This document shows positions 27,354-39,400 of a stretch of DNA of 64,000 bases, piece by piece. Both the position numbers and the translations under genes were made by a program. Position 1 is the stretch's first letter. The number at the start of each line of letters is the position of its first letter. This stretch comes from Antedon mediterranea (lineage: Eukaryota > Animalia > Echinodermata). Location: contig NC_092675.1 in the NCBI RefSeq assembly GCF_964355755.1, positions 29,670,912 through 29,734,911 on the forward strand, given 5' to 3'. The notes under the pieces were generated by a model. That model made no database searches. It was not told the DNA's origin and worked only from the letters and a program-made list of their open reading frames with translations.

Positions 27354-28728
27354 ACAGTTGTACATTAAACTAATTAAAACATTCACCACCGGTTAAAAGA
27401 CAACAGCACCATGAATGATGAAAGTAAACAAACAAAAACACTGTATTCTGATATTACATACAGCAAATGAATAGTAAATGTACAGTATATTAATAACAGA
27501 GAAATACCAGACATGAAAGCTTGCAAATGTTGATTTAACAAATTTGTTTTGCTGTTTCATTAATGAGTCGGTCTCCATGGTAAATAAAATATAGTTTTTT
27601 CATAAAGTAATAATGAAGATTTAATGAATGAGAAAGTTGAAATAGTATGAAATAATGAGATGACGCCGTGTAGACAGCTGAAAGTTGGTATTATTAATAC
27701 AATTGTAATGTAAGATATCGTTTAATTAAAAATTGAAAAATAATCTACTCTCTGTTTCATGATTACTGCATTACACTATTTGTTGTACAATACTACAAAA
27801 TACATCCTGTCATACATTAGAAGGGCCCTCAAGCAATCTATATTAAATATTAAAGTACCATAATTATCGTAACATTATCTTAAGATTTACACTTCTGTTT
27901 CTGACCTTGTTACGTAGGATGTGGTATCGTTGACAATTATTAAAAAGGAAATGATGTAATCATTTTAAAACAAAGACATAACTACTGTGGTTTGTAGAGG
28001 GAAGACGTAACTATGCAGTCTTTTTCATTGGCATATGTCTGGAGCTACAGTATAGTAAATGGCTTATTATACTGTAGTTTTATTGGTAAGAACTAACCAA
28101 TTTACCAATTAGTGCAGTGTACTGATAACATTTTTGAATTTATTTTTGATTATAACATTTTTCTTTTCTTTAATAAGAAATTTATAAATCAAAATATTAA
28201 TGAATGTTTATGAGTTGAATGGTGAAAAAATTCATGTCCGACTCCCAGATTGTGTCATTTACGAGGTGCGTTTCACATAAAAATGACACACAACTGAGAG
28301 TGAGGTTAGAACTATGTCTGAAAACATGGTGCGCAAAATGTCTACACCTTGCGAGTGTGATGATATTAACTTAAAATATATATATGAGCAAATCCCTGAA
28401 TGAGGAGTTAAAACCCGAGATGATCCCTTATCTGCCTGCAGGAAATTAATCAAAATTTTGCACTCCTTAAGAAAGAATTAGACTATTATTTACTTAGATG
28501 GACCAGTGTGATTAAAAAAGTAATCTAAAGACAAGTTGTATTAGGGTTAATTAAGTTTGTTGATATAAAATATAGCAAGTGAACATTAGATTTCCTAAGA
28601 AGGTTATAATCTTGACATTCCAGAAGGGGTACTGTGTGTATATCATGATTTCACATTTATGCTGATATACCTGGATGATCATACAAGCAGGGAGTAATGC
28701 TTCAGTCTATTTTACTGTGTAATCTTTA

Positions 28729-28912
28729 AGGCCAATTTACACAGACGAGCGGTAATACAAATATGGAATCTATTTTATTCTATTTGACCATTTACACACA
28801 ACGCAGAGTGAACAGGCGGTTTAAACTCCTCAGGATAGATACAGATTCTACATGGCACAAGCTACACAGTTTTCAGCTTACTGTTACCTTAACTGTCTGT
28901 GTAAATTGGCCT
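28729..28912. mobile_element. Harbinger-like MITE family B, TTA TSD
   Basis: tta|aggccaatttacacagac...gtctgtgtaaattggcct|tta; other copies at 56154-56298 and partial at ~40460. Confidence 0.8.
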
Positions 28913-29708
28913 TTAATACAAAGCTAATGGCTTAATACAATTTTGACAATGTCACATTGTTACGAATTGTTTATAAACAAAACAATTCGTAGCATTGTTC
29001 TTACAATAATTTGTAAGAACAGGGTTCACAGGGTCAAGTTGGTCGGCGTCCCATTACCTAAAGTATCATCAATATACAGTATCACTATCAAGTAACTTTC
29101 AAATGGCCAACATTCTCTTTAAAAGTTTGTTAAACCTCAATAAACAAATTACCATATAAACAATGTTCTTTTTTAACCAAAAACTACAGTCAGTAAAATA
29201 TTTAACTATTCAAAATAAAACAAATTAGTACTGTAGCATAATATTATATGCGAATGTTTTTAATTTTTTAATTTTGCAGTGTTAATGTTTATTGACAGCA
29301 AAATAGAGAGTATAGAATTTTACCTTAATTTAGCGAAAGAAGAAAAATATTCTTGCGGTTAAAAAGGGACAAAATTATTTTCTACTTTAATTATATGTAT
29401 TTTTGGCCATTCTAGAGCTTACACAGTTTTCAGTACATTACATGGGACAAAGTTCACTTCACGATTTTGCTATAAAGCTAATGCAAACTACATTCAAGTA
29501 TGACGACTAGACTTACTGACCCTGATTGACCTAGAAACAAGGGAATTACTTGCTTCTTTATTCTCAGTACACCCACAATTCTCACACTTCCTCAAGTTTC
29601 CTACTGTTGGATTATTTATTTATCAGTATTATATATTTGGAAGCAAAAAATAATATTGTATTAGATTAGTGTAGATAGTACTAACAGAAGAAAACAGATT
29701 TTTATAAA

Positions 29709-29848
29709 AGCTCTGTTTACACTATCAAACTTTATGTGATGTTCCCATATATCGACATAATGATATCATATCACTACCATATTTGGACCTATCACCACCA
29801 TATTTGGGCACATCACACTTTTTTTGTCAAACTAGTGTAGACAGAGCT
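29709..29848. mobile_element. Harbinger-like MITE family A
   Basis: Family TIRs and core. Confidence 0.8.
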
Positions 29849-30627
29849 TGAGATAAAAGGGTCTTTCATATCCTCTCCGCCTGCAGTTCAGGTCCACATC
29901 ACATTGCGTGTAGAAGCATTAGTGAATTTTGTTTTCACGACATGCCACATGGCTACGCACTGAGCAAAAAGATTGGCGCGAGATAAACGATAAGTGAGAC
30001 ACATTTGCTATGCCAGAATCAGATCAGGTGTGAAAGAAAAATAATTAATATATTGTAGAAAGGGTGTGTATTAAAATAAGATTCAGAATTGTACAGTAAT
30101 ATAGAATGGCAACGTTTTTGAACAACTACTGAAAAAACATGAAAAACATGTACTGTACAGTAAGCAGCATACAGTGAGTATATTATATAAATAGTAATAA
30201 ATAATCACATTGTAAATAATAATCATTATCAATCATATGTGCTTATTTCACAATGTATGTTTGCTCTTGAGTATGAACTTCATCTTTGTTTGGTTTAATG
30301 CTGATTGCAAATGATTATTTTTCATTCAAACCAAAATTTAAAATCCTGAAAGATTTTTTTTTATTGTTATTCCAGTATAGTATAATTATACTTAATACTA
30401 CCGAGATGAATAAGAATATTCATATCTGTATTATATTATATTATTGTTTTATAGTATTGTAAATCCTTGAAAAGATTTATTCGGTTGGTCATCTGGGGGT
30501 CAAAGGTGGAATATTCGTCACTAGACTCTGAAAAAGCCAACTGATACTACTAGTTGGCGAAACTGAAACATCAGGTAAAAAAAATATTTGTATTTACTAT
30601 TAAAACCCACGGTTCAGAGATAATTAA

Positions 30628-31121
30628 AGCCCCATTCCCTACGTTTTTTAGATCTAATTTAAGATCACAAACTATATTTAATGTAAAAATAATACTATAT
30701 GGTCCTATTGCGATAACTTTTTTTGTCTTTAAACGGTTAAAAATGTGAAAAATAAATCGATTCTAATAATTATAGCGGGTTTTCCCCAATTTGTATCAAC
30801 GGAGTCTGGCAAAAATAGAAAGACAATTAATGCAGCAACTATACAACGTCAGGCTAGGTATATAGCTAGCGTACGATGTTCGTACGTTATCGATGTTTAC
30901 CAGCTAGGCCTACAAAACTAAGCCTAGCTAGGCTAGGCCTAAGACCGTCCACGAGAGGTCGATCGCCGCGAGCTACTTAGGTAGTGCATTGTTTCTCACT
31001 TTTTATCATAATTTACCATAAAACGTACATTTAAGGTAAGGAATGACATGGTTTAATGTTTTTAAAGTGATATATATGTATTATTTTCCAAAAAACGTCC
31101 AAAATTGCAGGGAAGGGGTCT
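30628..31121 (-). mobile_element. Short deletion derivative of the Kolobok-like element at 50481-54749
   Basis: ttaa|agccccattccct...agggaaggggtct|ttaa; near-identical reverse complement of both ends of the 4.3-kb element. Confidence 0.85.
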
Positions 31122-31519
31122 TTAACTATTATATTTTATAGTATATTGTTGTAGTTTATCTATAATTGTAAAATGATAATACTTAAGATATTTTAAGGTA
31201 TTATTATTATGATGGATGTTGGTTTTCAATATACAGTAAAGTTATCAAAATTTACTGTATGTAAATTAATTAATTTCTCTAGGCTATATAGAGGAAATGT
31301 GGATGGAACAATAGGGAGAGGGTTTGATAGTAAAATGAGTTTAAAATAGCAATTTTTAGTTTTTAAGATACATTCATTTTAAAAGTTTTCTCCAAAAATA
31401 AATATCTATTCTATTTTTGGATAGGCCTACTAGTAGGCCTATCCTAGCCTAGCTGGGCCTAGGGGGTATTCGCCTAGTTCTAGGGCCTTAGGTAGGTCCA
31501 AAACTTTTCTTATAATTAA

Positions 31520-31915
31520 TAATTTGATAACTTTATTTCGTCCACATAGGAAAATATTTTGAGTGCTTTTCACAAAATTGTACAAAAATATATAAAAACG
31601 TTTCATATAAAAAAAAATTAATTACAATATTTAAAAACACTATATATTATTTAACAATGTACAAGTATGAACATAAGACTACAATTAACTAAATAAAAAA
31701 TAAAAAGCTGCAATACATCAAAAATTTCAAAAATTATGCAAAATCATTTAACAGTCTAATAGAATACGGAACAAAAGAATTAAAATATCGCATAACCCTA
31801 CTATTGCACGATCTCAGCACATTTAGTCTTTTTGATCTCATTTTAACATAATGTTTATTTAAAGGGTGGTTTGAGTCGTCGCATATTTTCATAGCCTTAT
31901 TTCTAATAAGCATTC
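31520..31915 (-). mobile_element. LINE 3' remnant (Rex-Babar/L2-like)
   Basis: Minus frame ...DSNHPLN...RYFNSFVPYSIRLLN resembles the ORF2 C-terminus of Rex1/Babar-type LINEs; aataaa tail near 31535. Confidence 0.55.
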
Positions 31916-31918
31916 CAT

Positions 31919-32827
31919 ACGATCTTCCAGATAAAATTATCAGCGCAGACTTTAACATGTTTGCAGATGATGCAAAGATTATAAAGACCATCAAAGAAAA
32001 ATCGGATTCAAGAAAACTTCAAATTGATCTTGATAGGGCTCAGGAATGGTCAGAGGACTGGCTGCTAAAATTCAATACCAAGAAATGCAAAGTGCTCCAT
32101 GTTGGTAGAAAGACAGAGAAATCAGAATATTGTCTAAATGGAGAAACGTTATTGGCAGTAAACGAAGAAAAAGACCTTGGTGTTATCTTCACTAGCGACT
32201 GCAAGCCAAGCCGACAGTGTGCTGCAGCAGCAGCTAGAGCGACGAATAGTATGAGAACTGTCAAAAGAACATTCAAAAATATTGACAAAGAAAGTTTTCA
32301 GGTCATGTACAAGGCATACATCCGTCCACATATGGAATACTGTATACAGTCCTGGTCTCCTTACTATAACAAAGACAAAGAAATCTTGGAGAAGGTGCAG
32401 AGAAGAGCTACAAAGATGGTCAAGTCAATAAGTGATCTACCATATGAAAAAAGGTTAGAATATCTTGATCTTCAACCATTAGAGACGAGAAGACTACGAG
32501 GAGATTTGATTGAAGCTTTCAAAATTTTGAAAGGCTTTGAGGATATTGACCCAAAAGATTTATTTAAATTGTCTCACAACATCAGAACCAGGGGACACAG
32601 CTTAAAACTATATCGTCCAAAACTTAGAGGAAATCTTATGTGCAGGGCCAACTTTTTTACCATCAGAGTCATACATCACTGGAATTCTCTGCCTGAATAT
32701 GTAATACAAGCCTCTTCAGTGAACATCTTTAAGTCTAGACTTGACAACTATTTTCGGCTAGAAATGGAATCTAATAGGCACTAGCCTAAACTATTTCCAT
32801 CAAACATTAAGTGTAAGTGTAAGTGTA
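31919..32827 (+). mobile_element. 5'-truncated CR1-clade LINE (RT C-terminal part and 3' tail)
   Basis: Uninterrupted ORF DLPDKI...MFADDAKI...W...WLLKFNTKKCKVLHVG...EKDLGV...RPHMEYCIQSWSP...LEKVQRRATK...RRLRGDLIEAFKIL...TRGHSLKL...FFTIRVIHHWNSLP (stop 32784); short 3' UTR ending in (taagtg)3. Confidence 0.92.
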
Positions 32828-33147
32828 GCCTAGACACATATATAAATCAAATAGTTGACTGTCTCTTGGCAATACAACAAGGGTATAATTAACAAAAATA
32901 CATACACTCTACTGTATAGTAGGCCTACCTAAAACAACCAGCCCACAACTTTTAACATAACAGTGCACCGGAACGGGATTTTCCTGCCTCTCGCCCCCAT
33001 CATACACACAATTTTCAACTCACTGCCATCGGTCGGGCCGGGTACGGTAAATATTTTTACTTTCTCTAAAATTAAATGACTATAGAATTACATATATACA
33101 CAACCCTAGACCTACTTATAATGATTTAAAGTGTTTTGTGTACTTAC

Positions 33148-33443
33148 CGCTCTAATTACATCAATTATCTTTCTTTTTAAACTGACTAAATAACTTTTTA
33201 TTTAGGCCTGACTGCTGATAAAGTCAAAGCGTGTCGATGCTGCGGCCAAACTATTTCTGCACAAAAAACAACCAAAAATAAAACCAGGCTAGGATGTGAC
33301 GTGCGACCTCTCTTGTTCGTCGTCGTCGCGCGCCGCCGCCGATTGTATATCGAAGAGGGCGTAACAGTTTTTTTATTCCACGTTAATTTTTCACATGTTC
33401 ATTTTGTTTTCGTGTGTGAATCGTAAATTAATACAGATTTAGG
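33148..33443. promoter_or_regulatory. Putative bidirectional CpG-rich promoter (TXNDC12 / sialyltransferase 5' UTR exon)
   Basis: CpG-dense cgtcgtcgcgcgccgccg core; minus-strand donor GCG|GTAAGTA at ~33147; TXNDC12 ATG at 33444; TGACGTG at 33297. Confidence 0.5.
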
Positions 33444-36400
33444 ATGAATTATTCATATATACCAATTGCAATATTAGCTGTACTAGCTATATTTGTTCAC
33501 GAGATAAATGGATCATCTAATTTAGGCAGAGGTAAGATCACAGGTGATGCATTCAAAAGCGCAGGCTGCAGCGCCGTCAGCCCCTCCTACCCCCTTTCTC
33601 ATCCATCATGAAATGATGTGCAGCACCAACCATGACAGCAGGCCAACTAACTGATAGGCTAGCCCGCGGACTCTAGGCCTACCACTACAGTACCTGCCGT
33701 CCTAAACTAGACCTAAACTAGCTATCTCGGTCGGTGTAGGCCCACCTAGCTAGCCAGATAATTATTTTCATCTCGTAATCCGTATGATGATAATTGATTA
33801 AATTGATACAATCCACTTTTCAGGAGATAACAAACATGTTCAAGAAGAACACCCTTTTTCATTGTTTTTGGCTCATTGCCTTCAATTGTGTATAGAATAT
33901 TTCCAGGCATGTTGTATGTCCACAATATACCATTTTAAGTCTAAGGTCTATGAGAGTATAATTATTAAACAACAATGTGATTACTCAAATTGTTTATTTT
34001 AAATATTTGCATGGCGAAATCAAATGTTGATTGATATAGTTTGCGGTACACCATATGTATATTTAGTCCTGAAAAGTACTTTTAAGTTTTCCTTTCTGAA
34101 TTTTACATTAATATAATTTGTGTATTTAGCTTTGTCTTGGTGCATACAATGTTTTCCAAGAATTATCAACTAAAACTATATTTTCAGGTTTTGGTGATAA
34201 CATAGATTGGAAAACAATGGATGAGGGATTGCAATTGGCAAAAGAAAGGTACAATACAGTTTTGAACTCATGATTCTTAAATGATACTGTATTTGTAAGC
34301 AAAATGAAGGGGGAAAGGAGTGGTGAGGTGTAGTGGGTGAGGAGTGGTGAGGTGTAGTGGGTGAGGTGTAGTGGGTGAGGAGTGGTGAGGTGTAGTGGGT
34401 GAGGAGTGGTGAGGTGTAGTGGGTGAGGAGTGGTGAGGTGTAGTGGGTGAGGAGTGGTGAGGTGTAGTGGGTGAGGAGTGGTGAGGTGTAGTGGGTGAGG
34501 AGTGGTGAGGTGTAGTGGGTGAGGAGTGGTGAGGTGTAGTGGGTGAGGAGTGGTGAGGTGTAGTGGGTGAGGAGTGGTGAGGTGTAGTGGGTGAGGAGTG
34601 GTGAGGTGTAGTGGGTGAGGAGTGGTGAGGTGTAGTGGGTGAGGAGTGGTGAGGTGTAGTGGGTGTTTTGCATTGCAATGATACATTCTAAAGCCTTGTC
34701 TACACTATCAAACTTTACTGTGACAAAAAAATGTGATGTGCCCATATATGGACATGATGATGTCACATCACTACCATATTTGAGTACATCACACTTTTTG
34801 TTGTTGTAGAAAGAGCTTATAAGCCTTTAAACAATGTTTGTATCAGAATTTGTTAGCTTATCATCATAAAGCTATAAAGTCTGGGATATATAGGTCCACC
34901 AACCATCTAAATTTGTAAGAGCTCTTTGAAAAATTAAATGTTTATTTTCTTTAATAGTGATACACCAATGATGTTACTTATTCATAAGACTTGGTGTGGA
35001 GCATGTAAAGGTAAGACTCTTGCGTTTTCATTGACTAATTATAAAAAATAAAATGAACAAAATATCTAGTAGGTTGAAGGATATACACAAGTTATAATTA
35101 TTACAAGCTATTCAAATTGTAGATGTTTTCCCTGTGTTTATTTTATGTCAGCTTGTTTTGTCTATTTCATGCCTAGCTTATTACCCCGCCTCCCCCCCCC
35201 CCAACTTTTTTTTTAAAACTCTTCTACACTAGAAGCAGAGTACACTTTATAGTGATGTCATCACTTTTCTACAATCCGCCAGACTGTTGTCTACGTCTTT
35301 TATTTGTTTTCACAATGGGCCCGTTTCTGCTGCCAACCCAAAATATACCGTATAAATATACCGTATAAATATACCGTATATATACCGTATATGAAATTCG
35401 TGCACCGTTTCCGCTGCACATACTTCGTGGGTGGGTTGTAAAAAGTTGGCTTTCATTACCCAAAATGCATTTCGTGAGACGGAAGTATGGATTGACCTCG
35501 TGTAGTGAGGTTTTTACCTATATCGGTACATGCTGACAAAAACAAAACAATGATGGTTTCTCAAAACGTCGTAGCATTGCTTTCTATTTTAAATCTAATG
35601 AGCAGAAGTGGCAACGAATTTACACCGCACATACAAGCACAATCTAGAAATGTCACTATTTATAAATAAACTCTGTTAATTATTCAAATTGAGTTTATAT
35701 TATGCTATATTATCCTATATTGCCGTTTTAATTTCCATTTTCTATTATACAGTATTTTACCATGATTTTACATCACGTTGTTGTCGTGTAAGAACATTCG
35801 ATTTATTGTAATTAAAATCTCGGTATCTCTTCTGTTGCCATGCAGTCTCCCCCCAACCTTCGCTTCCCCCACAATTGAATTGCAAAAATAGTGATTTGTT
35901 CGGTCCACAGTGACATTTTGATCTGTTGCTTGCTTTTACACGTGTGTTTCAACTTTCAATGCAGCAGAAAAACCAAAACAAACGCGTCGCGCTCTGTTAG
36001 TTTTTGACCTCGTGTCATGAGTCGGGTCACATTTACGGTATATTTTGAGTGCAGCAGAAACGGGGAACGAAATATACGGTATATTTTGGAATATACCGTA
36101 TAATATCCACAAACGATGGGGATATTTATGCAGTATATATACCGCAAATATATACGGTATATTTTTTATGAGACCCATTTCTGCTGCCAAAAAATATACC
36201 GTATATAAAATATACCGTATATATACGGTATATTTTTGGCAGCAGAAACGGGGCCAATGTATATTTTGTATCATCTACATCTGGAAAATAATTGAATTTA
36301 AGCGTGAAATATATCAAATTACCTAAATGTTGCATTTTCAGCATTAAAACCAAAATTTGCAGCTTCATCAGATATTCAACAACTCAGTGAAAATTTTGTT

Positions 36401-39400
36401 ATGGTTAATGTTGAGGTAAGTTACAAGTTGTTTTGTGTTTTTTAGTTTTTTTTTAAAGTTTGCTCTTTAGATTTATCCACTCCATAGGGACTTTGATTGT
36501 CAAAGTTGACCCTTTAACCTCAATTAAAGGTAAAAGCCCGCTACTGGTACCACCTTTCAATGTCATTCCATCTTCATTAAAGTGCTTTATATTGCTTTGT
36601 TTTAGGATGATGAGGAACCAAAAGATTCCAAATACACCCCTGACGGAGGATACATTCCAAGAATTCTATTTTTAGAACCAAATGGTAACGTTAGAGACGA
36701 TATTGTTAACACTGTTGGCAACGAACGATATAAATATTATTATCCAAGTGCAGATCACGGTAAGATAATTTAGTATGATCCATTTTATTAAGCTCCGTCT
36801 ACACTATCAAACTAGTTTGACAAAAAGGTATGATTTGTCCAAATATGGTAGTGATATGACATCATCATGTCCATATATGGGCACATCACATTTTTTTGTC
36901 CCATAAAGTTTAATAGTGTAGACAGAGCTTTACTAATATGATATATAATACACATTTTGAATAAAGTGAGACATGCCGATTTTATTGGGTTTTTCAAATA
37001 GCATAGAGTGAAAAAAGAAATTTAATAGTTTATTATTATTATTACTTCAATATCATTTTTAGTCATAATATTCAGTAATAGTACAGTAGAACCTCTATTA
37101 AAAGGGACACTCAAAAAGTGTCGCCTCAAGTGTCCCTCAGGCACTTCACCTCGGGACTAAAATAAAAATAATAATGTGACCTCACCTCAATGTTAAAATA
37201 TTTACTTCCTTTGTTTCATGGGAAAGTGTCCCCTTAAAGAGGCATGTCCCTATAGAGGCATGTCTCCTTTAGAGGCGTGTCCCCCTAAGAGGCGTGTCCC
37301 CTTAGAGGCATGTCCCCTTAAGAGGCGTGTCCCCTTAAGAGGCATGTTGTGTAGAAAGGTTCTACTCTACTTTAGTAAAGTTAAAATGAAGTAATTTTTA
37401 AAAGAAGATTAAAAAAAATTAAATTTGCTTATTGTATATATAGAAATATTTTTTAATTTGGTGTAAGTCTATTCATTCTTTAGAGTTTTTAAAAAACATA
37501 TTTGAACACTAGGCAACCTCATCTTAACAACTTTAATGAGAGGATTTTGTATTTAGTGACTTGTGGATTTCAATTTCATCCATATAATACTTACACAAAA
37601 CAGTGTTCAGTTACAACCAGGATGTTACGCTTGAGTAAGCTTTCAACAATCAATGAGTGCATGTTTCCCATTGATGAATTTAAGCTACCCAGGTGTTACC
37701 GACACATCAATAAACTTGTTCCTGATTGGCTGAAAGCTGTCAAAGGTATTAAAGCCTTTGACTGAGTGCCACCTCATCACTTTGAACAGTTTGTTTGTAA
37801 AGCATTGATTTTAACTTTAGTGCAAATTGTGTTTTAATTTGCCATTAAATGACATCTGGTTAAAAATCTATTCAGAATATTCGGCTTCAAATACTGCATA
37901 GCAAATAATGCATCATAACATTATAATTGCATAACCAGAAGAAATTATTAATAAAATATTTAGTCATAATAAATATTTAGAGCAGCCTGACTTAGATTAG
38001 GTAGATGTGTTCACTGAACAGCCATTTTTTTGTGTTATATTCCAATATTTTAGTTGGGAATATTTTATGTCAATCCAATGAATGCTCAGTATAATGAACT
38101 AAGGGTGTTGAATGAACTCAGTCTAATGTATCATCTGTTATATCAATGCTTAATGGACCATAGCCAAATGTTCACTATAAAAGCTTAAATGCAGTTGTTT
38201 AAATCAGTTGGGGATATAGCTCAGTGGTAGAGCATTCGACTGCAGATCGAGAGGTCCCTGGTTCAAGTCCGGGTGTCCCCTACTGATTTTTTTTTTAAAC
38301 TTAAAAAATTGTGACTGTTGGCAATTTTCCCTGTTTTCTACTATTTATATCTAAATAATATAGATGCTCTACTTTCTTTAAAAATATGATATTAAAATTG
38401 TGTATCCCATACTTGTATTGTTATTGTACATACAGCACTAAACTAAGACAATTCCAAACATTAAGTTAAATAATGATAAAATAGTTTATGAAAAAAAGGC
38501 TAAAATTGGTAAAATGGCAAAAATAAAGCATTCTTCGACCAAAATGTTTCTTTTTCTAGTATTATGAATATTATAATTATATGAAAATGGTTTATTATAA
38601 TTATGGAATTTTTTTTTCAAATTTCGTTTTTGGTTTTTATGCAATTTATTATATTTATTATATTATGCAATGATATGACTCTACGAGCATTTATATAGTG
38701 ATTGTATAATTTATTAATAAATAATGTTACTTTGAATGTTTAATGTTATGCCTGCCAGGCATCCAGACCTAGAATACAAATAGCATATTATTATGTGACA
38801 AGTATTTGCTTGCAATTACATTGTTCGAAATGAATAGCCAGTATTTGGCAAACAATGTTATTAAGCAATGATTTTCTAAAGTATGTTAAAATATTTGAAT
38901 TTTTTAAATTTTTGGTGAACCATAAAAAATAGACTAACTATTTTTGCTACATTTCGGCTACTACCATCACGAGTGACGTGTTTATTTTGATTGTTTGTCA
39001 TCAATCAAAAAATACAAACAACTTATTCGATACAATATTATTTTTTTTCGAGAACATGTTAATATAGAAATTAATTGATTTAGTGTTGTTTGTTTGTTTG
39101 TTGTTTGTTTTCCTATTTAATTATAAATACTTAAACAAACAAATTCTTATATAAATATATTTTGAATATATATTGGACTCATTTAACCAATATAATCAAG
39201 TAACAGATGGGGATATAGCTCAGTGGTAAACATACAGATATTATAGTGATATAATATCTCTATGGTGGTAGAGCATTCGTCTGCAGAGGGAGCGAAAGAG
39301 AGGTGCCCGGCCTGGTTCAAATCGTGGTCGCCTCTCTGAATGTTTCCCTCTGCAAGTATTCGCAAATGAAATTAATGTCCAACATCTGACCTTTTAGATT

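Noticed and set aside
31734-31994. 86-aa minus ORF as a gene
   Set aside because: Chimera of antisense CR1 sequence and an older LINE remnant.
34126-34766. Three overlapping His/Thr/Pro-rich ORFs
   Set aside because: Products of a 24-bp minisatellite lacking stop codons, antisense within a TXNDC12 intron.
34958-35010. Possible selenocysteine in the thioredoxin active site
   Set aside because: The motif is TGT GGA GCA TGT (CGAC); no in-frame TGA.
35269-36368. Several Tyr/Ile-rich ORFs on both strands
   Set aside because: Arise from ATATACCGTAT repeats in a non-autonomous transposon.
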